Of a DNA stretch of 32,000 bases, positions 16,830 through 25,800 are shown piece after piece (within the stretch, counting starts at the first letter, position 1; every line of letters starts with the position of its first letter). Origin of the DNA: an uncultured bacterium (GTDB taxonomy: Bacteria > GCA-001730085). Made by a program: the position numbers and the translations under genes. A model generated the notes under the pieces. That model saw nothing but the letters and a program-made list of their open reading frames with translations, did not search any database and had not been told where the DNA came from. The stretch is taken from NCBI GenBank assembly GCA_964565945.1, contig CAZMGY010000026.1:1-32000 (forward strand), written 5' to 3'.

Positions 16830-18047
16830 TTACTGTCTCCAATCATATCCAGTGGGATTCTGAAAAACACGCAATCCAAAAGCTGGTATCACCGCCAAGA
16901 TGTGATCAAAGATATCCGCTTGAATGTCTTCGTATTGGGTCCATCGTGTATCTTTGGTGAACAGATAAATTTGGATCGGAAGACCTTTTTCGGTGGGAGC
17001 CAATTGACGCACCAAGAAGGTGAGTTTATCATTAATTTCGGGCTTTGTTTGCAAGTAATACTTAATGTAGGCACGGAAAGTTCCTAGATTGGTTAAGCGA
17101 CGCCCGTTGATGGTGAGGGAGGTACCGCTACTTAGGGTTTGGTTGTATTCTTTGATTTCCTTGGTTTTGTTTTCAATGTATTCTTTGATGGTGTCATAGG
17201 CTTTGAATTGTTTGAGCATTTCGGGAGTGACAAACTGAACTGATGTCATATCAATTGCGATTGATCGCTTGATGCGTCGTCCTCCAGCTTGATACATGCC
17301 GCGCCAATTCTTAAAGGAATGTTCGAGAAACTTGTGGGTTGGAATATTCACAATGGTTTTGTCCCAGTTTTGAACTTGAAGGGTGTGCAGATTGATATTA
17401 ACCACATCACCATCGGCCGAATATTCCTTCATTTCAATCCAGTCTCCAACACGGAGTGTATTGTAAGTGCTGATTTGAATGCTGGCCAGCAAAGCGAGGA
17501 TAGTGTCGCGAAAAATCAAAAGAAGGACGGCGGTCATGGCGCCTATACCACTCATGAGAACAAATGGTGACTTCCCAATAAGGATAGAGACCAGAATGAT
17601 AGCTCCTATAATAAAGAGGAAAATTTTGGCCAATTGGGTGAATCCTTTGGAGCCAGACTTGTTCTTGGCAATGGGGAGTGTGCAATAAATTAGATAACCC
17701 GCATCAACTAAATGTTGTAGCATTGCGACGATGGTAACAATAATCCAAGCCGAAGCCAGCCGTTTGATCATTGTTTCTCCATAAAGAAGGTGGGTGGATA
17801 CTTCGTAAATGAAATAAGCTGGTGCAATGTATGCCAATTTATTGAAGACCTTGTGATTAATAAGGATGTCGTCCCACTGATTTTTGGTTTTATGGACGAT
17901 GATGTGCAAACCCCTTAGGAGGAGCTTATGGGTGATCCAATAGGTCATACCGCCTCCAAGAATCATGAGAACGAGCAGTGAAAGCTGTTGGATGTAGGTG
18001 TGTTCATTGATAAAGGTTAAGACTTTTTCTAAAGTTTGGTAATTCAT
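16830..18047 (-). CDS. Mechanosensitive ion channel family protein (MscS-like)
   Basis: Multiple TM helices followed by the MscS beta-domain LRVGDWIEM..DGDVVNINLHTLQVQNWDKTIVNIPTHKF. The ORF track starts at 18134. ATG 18047 (MNYQTLEK...) is preceded by GAAGGAGA, so it is preferred. Confidence 0.85.
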   Translation of the reverse strand: MNYQTLEKVLTFINEHTYIQQLSLLVLMILGGGMTYWITHKLLLRGLHIIVHKTKNQWDDILINHKVFNKLAYIAPAYFIYEVSTHLLYGETMIKRLASAWIIVTIVAMLQHLVDAGYLIYCTLPIAKNKSGSKGFTQLAKIFLFIIGAIILVSILIGKSPFVLMSGIGAMTAVLLLIFRDTILALLASIQISTYNTLRVGDWIEMKEYSADGDVVNINLHTLQVQNWDKTIVNIPTHKFLEHSFKNWRGMYQAGGRRIKRSIAIDMTSVQFVTPEMLKQFKAYDTIKEYIENKTKEIKEYNQTLSSGTSLTINGRRLTNLGTFRAYIKYYLQTKPEINDKLTFLVRQLAPTEKGLPIQIYLFTKDTRWTQYEDIQADIFDHILAVIPAFGLRVFQNPTGYDWRQ

Positions 18048-18086
18048 TTTGGAAACAATCTCCTTCTCCCAATCCCTCTGGGCGAC

Positions 18087-18095
18087 ATTATAACA
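18087..18095 (-). promoter_or_regulatory. Candidate extended -10 promoter (TGTTATAAT) for the MscS gene
   Basis: The reverse complement of attataaca is TGTTATAAT, about 40 nt upstream of ATG 18047. The -35 position is an A/T run. Confidence 0.4.
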
Positions 18096-18122
18096 TGTTC
18101 CCATGACAAAAAAAAATATTAA

Positions 18123-18152
18123 TTGACAAACCAAGCATGCTTAAATTAAAAT
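18123..18152 (+). promoter_or_regulatory. Candidate sigma70 promoter for amt-glnK-glnA (TTGACA-18-TAAAAT)
   Basis: Perfect TTGACA at 18123-18128, an 18-nt spacer, then TAAAAT at 18147-18152. This would give a ~140-nt leader before ATG 18297. Confidence 0.45.
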
Positions 18153-18203
18153 GTGGGCGGGGTGTTTTGAGTATGGTTTTCCCGAAGCGGTGAGATTTTG
18201 CTT

Positions 18204-18218
18204 TGGTGCACTTCTTGT
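18204..18218 (+). promoter_or_regulatory. Weak sigma54-like -24/-12 element (TGGTGC-N5-TTGT)
   Basis: The spacing matches TGGCAC-N5-TTGC, but the -12 GC is TG->GT (TTGT). It sits ~80 nt upstream of amt, a classic nitrogen-regulated target. Confidence 0.22.
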
Positions 18219-18296
18219 TTTAGGGCATTGTCGTCCGATCTTTTCATGAGCACTGTCGTTCTGAATAATAAATGAAAATGAAAGGTTTGGTTTCTT

Positions 18297-19631
18297 ATGA
18301 ATGTTTTCAATTTGTTTAGTCGAGGCGGCGTCTTTATGTTGACGGCTCTTATGGTCATGTTGAGTTCTAACCTGTACGCGGCAGAGCTAACAGATGTGAT
18401 TCAAGGGCTTGATACAGTATGGGTTTTGGTATGCGCCTTTTTGGTCTTTTTGATGCAAGCAGGATTCAGCTTGCTTGAGTCTGGGTTCGTGCGCGCCAAA
18501 AATACCTGTAACATCCTTATGAAGAATTATATGGACTTTTGTATGGCGTCAATTGGTTTCTTTATCTTTGGATATGCCATTATGTTTGGTGAAGGAAACG
18601 GATTTATTGGCCTTAAAGGCTGGTTTTTAGTAGGAGCAGAAACTGCTGCCGACATTCCTTTACATGCTTTTTGGTTATTTCAAGCTGTTTTTGCTGGTAC
18701 AGCCACGACGATCGTTTCTGGTGGTGTGGCTGAGCGTATGAAGTTTACCTCTTACCTTATTTGTTCTTTTATCATTTGTGCCTTCATTTATCCTATTATC
18801 GGACACTGGACTTGGGGTGGTGGATGGTTAACTGTCATGGGTTTTACTGACTTTGCTGGTTCGACAATTGTTCATGCTGTGGGTGGTGTGGCTGCTTTGG
18901 CAGGAACTCTTATCCTTAAGCCTCGTATTGGACGTTTTAACAAGGATGGTTCAGCTAATGCGATTGCTGGACATAATATCCCGATAGCGGCATTAGGCAT
19001 ATTTATCCTATGGTTTGGTTGGTTTGGTTTTAACTCAGGTTCTCAACTTGGTGTTGGTGCGGGATCCGAAATCTCAATGATTGCTCTTAACACAAACTTA
19101 TCAGCGGCAGCTGGTTGTATTATGGCGATGATTTCGGTGTGGGTTCTTTTTGGAAAACCAGATTTGTCGATGACAATGAATGGTGCTTTGGCTGGACTTG
19201 TGGGTATCACCGCGGGTTGCGCGTTTGTTGAACCATGGGCTGCTATCCTTATTGGAGCCATTTCTGGTATTTTGGTTGTTGTTAGTGTTGTTATTTTAGA
19301 CAAACTTCAAATTGATGATCCTGTTGGAGCTTTTCCTGTGCACGGTGTTTGTGGTATCTGGGGAACTCTTGCTGTAGGGATCTTTGGTGTTGCCAAATAT
19401 GGTAGCGAAAATGGATTGCTTTATGGTGGAGGTTTTAGGCTGTTGATTACTCAATTGGTGGGTGTGGCTGCTATTTGTGGTTTTATTTTCGTGAGCATGA
19501 CAGTGATCTTCAAAATTTTAGATGCGACTCTTGGATTACGTGTATCGAAAGAAGAAGAGCTTAAAGGCTTAGATATCGGAGAGCACGGGATGGAAGCCTA
19601 TGCTGGTTTTCAAATTTTTACAACTAACTAA
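18297..19631 (+). CDS. amt: Ammonium transporter (Amt family)
   Basis: Signal-like N-terminus. Motifs FLMQAGFSLLESG, TDFAGSTIVHAVGG, WFGWFGFNSGS, DDPVGAFPVHGVCGIWG. Confidence 0.92.
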   Translation: MNVFNLFSRGGVFMLTALMVMLSSNLYAAELTDVIQGLDTVWVLVCAFLVFLMQAGFSLLESGFVRAKNTCNILMKNYMDFCMASIGFFIFGYAIMFGEGNGFIGLKGWFLVGAETAADIPLHAFWLFQAVFAGTATTIVSGGVAERMKFTSYLICSFIICAFIYPIIGHWTWGGGWLTVMGFTDFAGSTIVHAVGGVAALAGTLILKPRIGRFNKDGSANAIAGHNIPIAALGIFILWFGWFGFNSGSQLGVGAGSEISMIALNTNLSAAAGCIMAMISVWVLFGKPDLSMTMNGALAGLVGITAGCAFVEPWAAILIGAISGILVVVSVVILDKLQIDDPVGAFPVHGVCGIWGTLAVGIFGVAKYGSENGLLYGGGFRLLITQLVGVAAICGFIFVSMTVIFKILDATLGLRVSKEEELKGLDIGEHGMEAYAGFQIFTTN

Positions 19632-19682
19632 AAATTAAGTATTTATTTGAATATAAATTAAACTGGTTTAAGGGGAATACAA

Positions 19683-20024
19683 ATGAAACTAATTACGGCG
19701 ATGATTCAGCCACATAAACTAACTGATGTTAAGAAAGCACTTTCCACGTGTGAAGTTGATAAAATGACAGTTACCAACGTTGTTGGGTGTGGACGCCAAA
19801 AGGGTTTTAGCGAAACATACCGTGGTGTTGTGCACGAAGTGAACCTGATCAAAAAGGTTCGTTTGGAGATAGCTGTGAACGATAACTTTGTCGAAAAGAC
19901 CATTAATGCTATTATAGAAGGTGCGCGCACAGGCAATATTGGTGATGGGAAAATTTTTGTTGCCAGTTTGGAAGATTGTATCCGTATCCGTACAGGTGAG
20001 CGTGGAGAAGAGGCAGTTGGATAA
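19683..20024 (+). CDS. glnK: Nitrogen regulatory protein P-II (GlnK-type by linkage to amt)
   Basis: 113 aa. Aligns without gaps to canonical PII (MK.I.A.I.P.KL..V..AL, GRQKG..E.YRG, TG..GDGKIFV, IRIRTGE). Confidence 0.92.
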   Translation: MKLITAMIQPHKLTDVKKALSTCEVDKMTVTNVVGCGRQKGFSETYRGVVHEVNLIKKVRLEIAVNDNFVEKTINAIIEGARTGNIGDGKIFVASLEDCIRIRTGERGEEAVG

Positions 20025-20025
20025 T

Positions 20026-20047
20026 GCCTATGATTTTAGACATAGGC
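20026..20047 (+). other. Perfect 7-bp hairpin (GCCTATG-N8-CATAGGC) just after the glnK stop
   Basis: Seen directly, with the stop at 20022-20024. It is followed by agaggtgtgtttgg, with no clean U-tract, so it is at best a leaky terminator or an RNA stability/processing element. Confidence 0.3.
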
Positions 20048-20112
20048 AGAGGTGTGTTTGGATCCCTTGCCTCGGTCTTTTGTCTTAAATACAATGAAGA
20101 AAGGAAAAAAGG

Positions 20113-21531
20113 ATGAAGACATCTGAAGAGGTACTTAAGTTTATCAAGAAAGAAAGCATTGAGTTTATTGACTTTCGTTTTATGGATTTTCCTGGAAAAT
20201 GGCAACATTTTTCAGTTCCAACCAATCAAGTTGATGAGGGAACGTTTAACGAAGGATTGGGTTTTGATGGTTCTTCAATGCGTGGATGGCAAGCGATTAA
20301 CGAAAGTGATATGATCGTTATTCCTGATCCAGCCACGGCCAAGATTGATCCTTTCACAGCTCATAAAACAATCTTCATCATTTGTAATATTAAAGATCCT
20401 ATTACAAGAGAAAACTATAGCCGTGATCCTCGTTACATTGCGATCAAAGCTGAAGAGTATTTGAAGTCAACGGGCCTCGCTGACACAGCTTTTTTTGGTC
20501 CAGAAGCTGAATTTTTTATCTTCGATTCGATTCGTTATGGCACTGAACCTTCGGCGTCTTTTTTCGAAATCGATTCGATTGAAGCTGATTGGAATACTGG
20601 ACGTGATGAAGATATGGGGAATTTAGGACATAAAATTCGTCATAAAGAAGGTTATTTTCCTTGTGCACCAACCGATAAATTTCAGGATCTTCGTTCTGAG
20701 ATGGTTGTTGAAATGATGAAAATGGGCATAGAAGTAGAATGCCAACATCACGAGGTGGCCACAGCTGGACAAGCAGAAATCGACATTAAATTTAACACGA
20801 TGGTTGCCGTGGCAGATCAGTTGCAAGAGTATAAATACATTGTTAAAAATGTAGCTCACCGCGCAGGTTACTCGGCGACATTTATGCCAAAACCATTGTT
20901 CTCGGATAATGGTTCAGGCATGCACACGCATATTTCTCTATGGAAAGATGGACAACCTTTGTTTGCTGGTGATGGCTATGCGGGTCTTTCTGAGATGGCG
21001 TTGCACTTTATCGGTGGTATTTTGAAACATGCTAAAGGTTTGGTGGCTTTGTCTAATCCAACGAGTAGTTCTTATAAACGTTTGGTGCCTGGTTACGAAG
21101 CTCCAGTGAACTTGGCTTATTCAAGCCGTAATCGTTCCGCAGCGATTCGTATTCCTATGTACTCCGATAATCCAAAGGCCAAACGTATTGAGTTCCGTTG
21201 CCCAGATCCTAGCTGTAACCCTTACATTGCTTTTTCTGCAATGCTTATGGCAGGTCTTGATGGGATTCAAAATAAGATTGACCCAGGGGCACCACTGGAT
21301 AAAAACATTTACGATCTTCCTGCAGAAGAGTTGGCTAAAGTGGATAACACTCCATTCTCGTTGCGCGATGCTCTCGAAGCTCTAAGAAAAGATCATGAGT
21401 ATTTGTTGAAAGGTGATGTTTTCACCAATGATGTAATTGAAACATGGATTGATTACAAGTTGGAAAACGAAGTGGAAGCTTTGGAACTTCGTCCACATCC
21501 TTATGAGTTCCAATTGTACTACGACATCTAA
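20113..21531 (+). CDS. glnA: Glutamine synthetase, type I
   Basis: Motifs [78 protein letters not shown] retains the Tyr equivalent to the adenylylation site of GSI-beta enzymes. Confidence 0.95.
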   Translation: MKTSEEVLKFIKKESIEFIDFRFMDFPGKWQHFSVPTNQVDEGTFNEGLGFDGSSMRGWQAINESDMIVIPDPATAKIDPFTAHKTIFIICNIKDPITRENYSRDPRYIAIKAEEYLKSTGLADTAFFGPEAEFFIFDSIRYGTEPSASFFEIDSIEADWNTGRDEDMGNLGHKIRHKEGYFPCAPTDKFQDLRSEMVVEMMKMGIEVECQHHEVATAGQAEIDIKFNTMVAVADQLQEYKYIVKNVAHRAGYSATFMPKPLFSDNGSGMHTHISLWKDGQPLFAGDGYAGLSEMALHFIGGILKHAKGLVALSNPTSSSYKRLVPGYEAPVNLAYSSRNRSAAIRIPMYSDNPKAKRIEFRCPDPSCNPYIAFSAMLMAGLDGIQNKIDPGAPLDKNIYDLPAEELAKVDNTPFSLRDALEALRKDHEYLLKGDVFTNDVIETWIDYKLENEVEALELRPHPYEFQLYYDI

Positions 21532-21561
21532 AACTTAGATCTGTTGGACTAAAATCTCTAA

Positions 21562-21596
21562 AAGAACCCTCTCCTTAAGGTGGGGGTTCTTTTTTA
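21562..21596 (+). terminator. Rho-independent terminator after glnA
   Basis: AAGAACCC...GGGTTCTT stem (8 bp) followed by a T run (ttttt), 30 nt after the glnA stop. Confidence 0.8.
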
Positions 21597-21821
21597 TGTT
21601 TATTAGCGTATAGTGGAAATAAGCCAGTTATAAAAGGGAGAAAAAAAGTAGTATTAAGCCTCTTTTTTGAAGGGCAACACCGTGCTTTTCGCAATTGGGT
21701 GTTACAAGGTCTGACTGAGGCGCGACTTAACCTACATTTAAAAAAACTTACCGTTATGATGAAACCTTGACCGTTGAACAACTGCCTAAACAGGCCTAGG
21801 TTTTTATGGTAAAGTGTGTTC

Positions 21822-22712
21822 ATGGATTTGAGACTACAGCTTGATCATTTTTTACAGTTTTTAAAAGTTGAAAAAGGTTTATCCTGGCATACGCTTAAGG
21901 CATATGAGAGTGATTTAAGGTATTACATCGACTTTTTGGAGCAACATTTGATCGATGATATGAATCGTGTCGAGCGTATGTTGATTGTTGATCTTCTTGC
22001 AAAGCGCAGTCACGAGGGGGCTAAATCAAGTAGTTTAGCAAGACAATTGGTGGCGATACGAATGTGGCATCGTTTTTTGTACGACGAAAACGTTCTTAGT
22101 CAGGATGTGAGCGCCGCGATGCAGAGCCCAAAACAGTTGAGCAAAGTACCCGAAGTGATGTCGTTGTCTCAAGTCGAAGAACTTCTTAGTGTTCCAGATG
22201 AGAATGTGAAAGGTTTTCGCGATAAAGCGATGCTAGAAGTGCTTTACGCGACAGGATTGCGTGTGAGTGAGTTGGTGGGCTTAACAATGGAGCAAATTCA
22301 TTTGAACGAAGGTTATGTGCGTTGTTTTGGCAAAGGTCAAAAAGAGAGGATTGTTCCTTTGGGGAGGCGTGCTGTTGAGGCTGTACAGGTCTACTTGCGT
22401 TGGTCACGGCCTTTTTTGCGCAAGGACGTGACGGAAGAAGCCGTTTTTTTGAGTCGCCTAGGACGAGGTATGACACGTGTTGGATTTTGGAAAACTTTGA
22501 AACAGTATCTTAAAATCCTAGGTTTGAATACGAGAATAAGTCCTCATACATTAAGACACTCTTTTGCGACACATTTGCTCGAATATGGGGCTGATTTAAG
22601 GGCTGTCCAGGAGATGCTTGGGCATACCGATATCTCGACCACACAGATTTACACCCACGTGAATGCTCATAGATTGAAAGATATTCATCAATGTTTTCAT
22701 CCTCGTTCCTGA
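21822..22712 (+). CDS. xerD: Tyrosine site-specific recombinase XerD (XerC/D family)
   Basis: N-terminal SAM-like domain (FLQFLKVEKGLSWHTLKAYESDLRYY). Catalytic residues in ATGLRVSELVGL, HTLRHSFATHLLEYGADLRAVQEMLGH and TTQIYTHV. The track start is GTG 21816; ATG 21822 (MDLRLQ...) is preferred. Confidence 0.85.
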   Translation: MDLRLQLDHFLQFLKVEKGLSWHTLKAYESDLRYYIDFLEQHLIDDMNRVERMLIVDLLAKRSHEGAKSSSLARQLVAIRMWHRFLYDENVLSQDVSAAMQSPKQLSKVPEVMSLSQVEELLSVPDENVKGFRDKAMLEVLYATGLRVSELVGLTMEQIHLNEGYVRCFGKGQKERIVPLGRRAVEAVQVYLRWSRPFLRKDVTEEAVFLSRLGRGMTRVGFWKTLKQYLKILGLNTRISPHTLRHSFATHLLEYGADLRAVQEMLGHTDISTTQIYTHVNAHRLKDIHQCFHPRS

Positions 22713-22750
22713 TTTTATAATGAAATATTTTATTTTGAAATACTCTTATA

Positions 22751-22780
22751 TTGTTATTTTATAAGATGTTATGATACAAT
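22751..22780 (+). promoter_or_regulatory. Candidate promoter for the 1281-aa ORF (TTGTTA-18-TGaTACAAT)
   Basis: Lies in a ~100-bp very AT-rich spacer. Extended -10 TGATACAAT at 22772-22780. RBS AAGGGAGG at 22798-22805. Confidence 0.4.
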
Positions 22781-22815
22781 CTAATAAGATTTTTTAATAA
22801 GGGAGGCGAGCGGTG

Positions 22816-25800
22816 ATGGGACAGGTTTTTATTGGATTTGTAGCTATTCAGCTAGTGTTTGTTCAGGTTATTTGGGGTTTAGCCCCTGCTTCTAACTTGA
22901 TATCAAAGGATTTAGAGAAGTTTTGGGATGGAAAAGTTTCTTCGCACGGACAAACACAGGGTGTTGGGATGGGATCTCGTCAACCTCTGTCAGTGGTGGA
23001 TGCGTACGCTAAAGGTAGCGAAAATTACTGGTTGTCTAATTTTTACACACCTTCAGATGGATCTACATTGTTTCAGGTCAAAATGATTTGGGGTAAGGAA
23101 GAAATTTTATGTTTATGGAAGTCGGCGGAGCACTATTACAACGCAATGAAATTTTGGGGTATTAATCGCAAGGCTTTTGATGCTGTGAGAAAGGCTTCTA
23201 CTCCAAAAGAGGCGCTTAAGTTGGGACAGAAATACCGATTGAATCCAGAGCAGATTAAAGATTGGGATGCTGGACTTAAGTTTCAGCGTATGCGCGAAGC
23301 TTTGTGGTACAAGTTTTCAGTCTCAAAGTATAAAGCTAAGTTAATGAGTCTGAATGGAAATGTTATTGTTGAATCCTCGGACACTGATTCGACTTGGGGC
23401 TTCTGTCCGCAAGTGTATGCGTCTAACAATCGAGATTTAAATGATTCTTCTAACTACTTGGGGCGACTTCAAATGGAGTTGATTGATTTTTGGAGTAAGA
23501 ATCCTGAAGGATCTCTAAGGGAGTACTGTCGTTTCAAGTCGAACATGCGGGGCTATGCCGAGGAGGCTAAGGCCTTTTATGAGCAAAAGATTAAACCTCA
23601 TTTAAAGGCGTATTTTGAAAAGTATAGTAAGGAGGATATTCATCAAAAGAGCGGTTTGCTTGAGAGCTTTTTAGCCGAAAGAAGTGTTTTACCTTTTGTA
23701 TCCGAAGCTGAGCAGAGGGCTGTTGTGAAATCAGATCCTTTTGTGCAGCCTTCATTAGTGTGTAAGAAGTTGGTTCAAGCTTTTCAAAAGTTGTTTTCTG
23801 GTAATAAAACGGTTGATCAAAGTTTTCATGGGATAACCTCAAAAAAAATGAAAATAGGTCGTCGTAACAGCTTGAATGAGATTTATAATCCTCAAACGGG
23901 AGAGTTGATCAATGGTTTCAATATGGAACGGCATGATTTTATTTGGTCGTTTTATCCTAAGGTCTCTCGAGGAATCAGTGGTGCTTCTGAGCCTACTTAT
24001 TTGTCTTATGATATGAAGGTTGGGAGGGATCCTTACAATATTTTGACTTATCCTCTGGCAACACGTGAAGCACTTTTTGACGGTATCTTGCAATTGCGCA
24101 GGGATCAAAACTTTCGAGCAAAGCTGAAACAAAATGATGATGTTTACTTGCGCCACATTGGTCTAGCTTACGACGAAGGGAAAAAAAGTTTAAAAATTAT
24201 CAACGAGCTTGACTTCAAGGAGTATATTCGCGAACCTTACCAAACAAAAACTGTTAGGAAGAATGGCGTCCTAAAGGAGTATAAATTCCATAGGCATAAT
24301 CGTCTACGTCTGTCACGCCGTTACGAATCTTTGGTTCTTTTTGGTGAAGTTGAACGGGCCATGGCCATGAAGGATTTGTTGCAAAACGAAACAGTGACTG
24401 AGGTCCAAGAGGATTATTGGCAGAAAACGTTTGAAAATAGTTTGAAAGTTCACAAGGTCTTGGAGCAACGAAAAGAGACGCTAGGGTCTGCTTCTATGCA
24501 TGTGGGGGATGATTCCGCTTTGGAACAAATTCCTAAAGTCGATACAAAAGGAGGCCGGTGCTTTGTTTGGCACAAGGGATCCCTTTATATTCGTTTTTTT
24601 GATATTGATGATAAGAGTGATTTTTTGAAACAAAGTGTTAATTTTCAACCTACCCTATTTCAGGAGGTTGTGGGGAAGAATACCTTGGTTCGTATGAAAT
24701 CCTCTAAAGGGCCTAAGGCTCGAGATGAGGATCGTTTGGGAGCCTATGTGGCTCGTCGTGGCGATGTGGGTATTAATTTTTTTAGCAATGCTGAGCGCAA
24801 TGCTTTTTTAAAGTATGTGCTGTATGTTGACACTGATACTCTTAATAAGCATCATGATTTACGTAATCCATACGTTTTTAATAAAACAGGCATGGAGAAA
24901 GCACTTTACTTCCCCCAAAAGAGTGTAGATGAGCTTAAGACAATCCATCAGGGGTTTGTGGTGTTGCGTTCTGAAGATCCTGTGGTGTCGCGTTCTGAAG
25001 ATCCTGTGGTGTCGCGTTCTGAGTTTTTCCAACTAGATCCTAAGGAATTTGTTTTTTCACGCAACAAACCAGGAGGGGTTATGCCTGGGGCTATCTATCA
25101 CGATGTGAAAACAGGAGAGGAATGGATGGTCAAAATGGCAGGGAATCCTAGTGGTTTTTCTCCGACCTATCGTTATCGCGATGCGATGAAAGAAGTGATG
25201 TTGCTTCATGTGTTGCGCAAAATGGGGGTGGTTGTGCCCGAAGCTCGTATGGTGCGTGCCACTAACGGCAGCCTCTTGGTGGGGACCAAAATAGTGCCTC
25301 ATGTCAAATTGTATGAGTCGTTATCTGAAGAGGAGCGTCTTAAGATTGCTCAGGACGAACTGCATCGGATGTATATCTATGCGGTGTTGTTTGCGAACGA
25401 AGACTTTTTTAGTCCCAGCAATCAAAATGTGATTTTTCAAAGCAATGGGAGTGGGGGATTTAATCCTTTTCAACTGGATTTGGGTGAAAGTTTTAAGGGG
25501 GACTTTAGAGCAATCGAGAAGGATATTCGAGTTGCTCTTAGCAATAACCAATTCTTTCGGCGCGGAGGGGACGATGGATTTAAGGATTTGATCCTTAAGG
25601 ATTTAACGGACACTCGCTTACGAGGTCTGTTGGAAGAAGCTGCTAGCAAAGCCCAAGCTTTTGTGAAAAATTCAACAAAATTTTTGGCGGATTTTGAACT
25701 GATTCCTGGTGTTGTTAGCCCCGAGCCAGAGAAGTATTTTGATCTAGACGATCTTTTTCAGGATAAGACTAGGTCTGTTGAGGTTTCCTTAAAATATACA

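Noticed and set aside
18048-18134. N-terminal extension of the MscS ORF (MVCQLIFFFVMGTCYNVAQRDWEKEIVSK)
   Set aside because: The internal ATG at 18047 has a strong GAAGGAGA RBS. The extension overlaps the divergent promoter region and reads like translated intergenic DNA.
18153-18296. Possible glutamine (glnA-motif) riboswitch in the amt leader
   Set aside because: I could not find the conserved core strings of that motif as I remember it. The leader has no obvious matching paired architecture.
20055-20075. Sigma54-like string TTGGATCCCTTGCC upstream of glnA
   Set aside because: Only 7 nt lie between the GG and the GC, instead of the required 10. The spacing is incompatible with a -24/-12 promoter.
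21575-21823. 82-aa minus-strand ORF between glnA and xerD
   Set aside because: It overlaps the glnA terminator hairpin. Its peptide is Cys/Arg/Phe-rich and implausible, and it has no RBS.
21822-22712. The tyrosine recombinase as a marker of an integrated mobile element carrying the downstream large ORF
   Set aside because: Its length, N-terminal SAM-like domain and C-terminal motifs fit housekeeping XerD rather than a phage integrase. I saw no flanking direct repeats, tRNA target or other mobile genes. An island cannot be excluded without compositional and comparative analysis.
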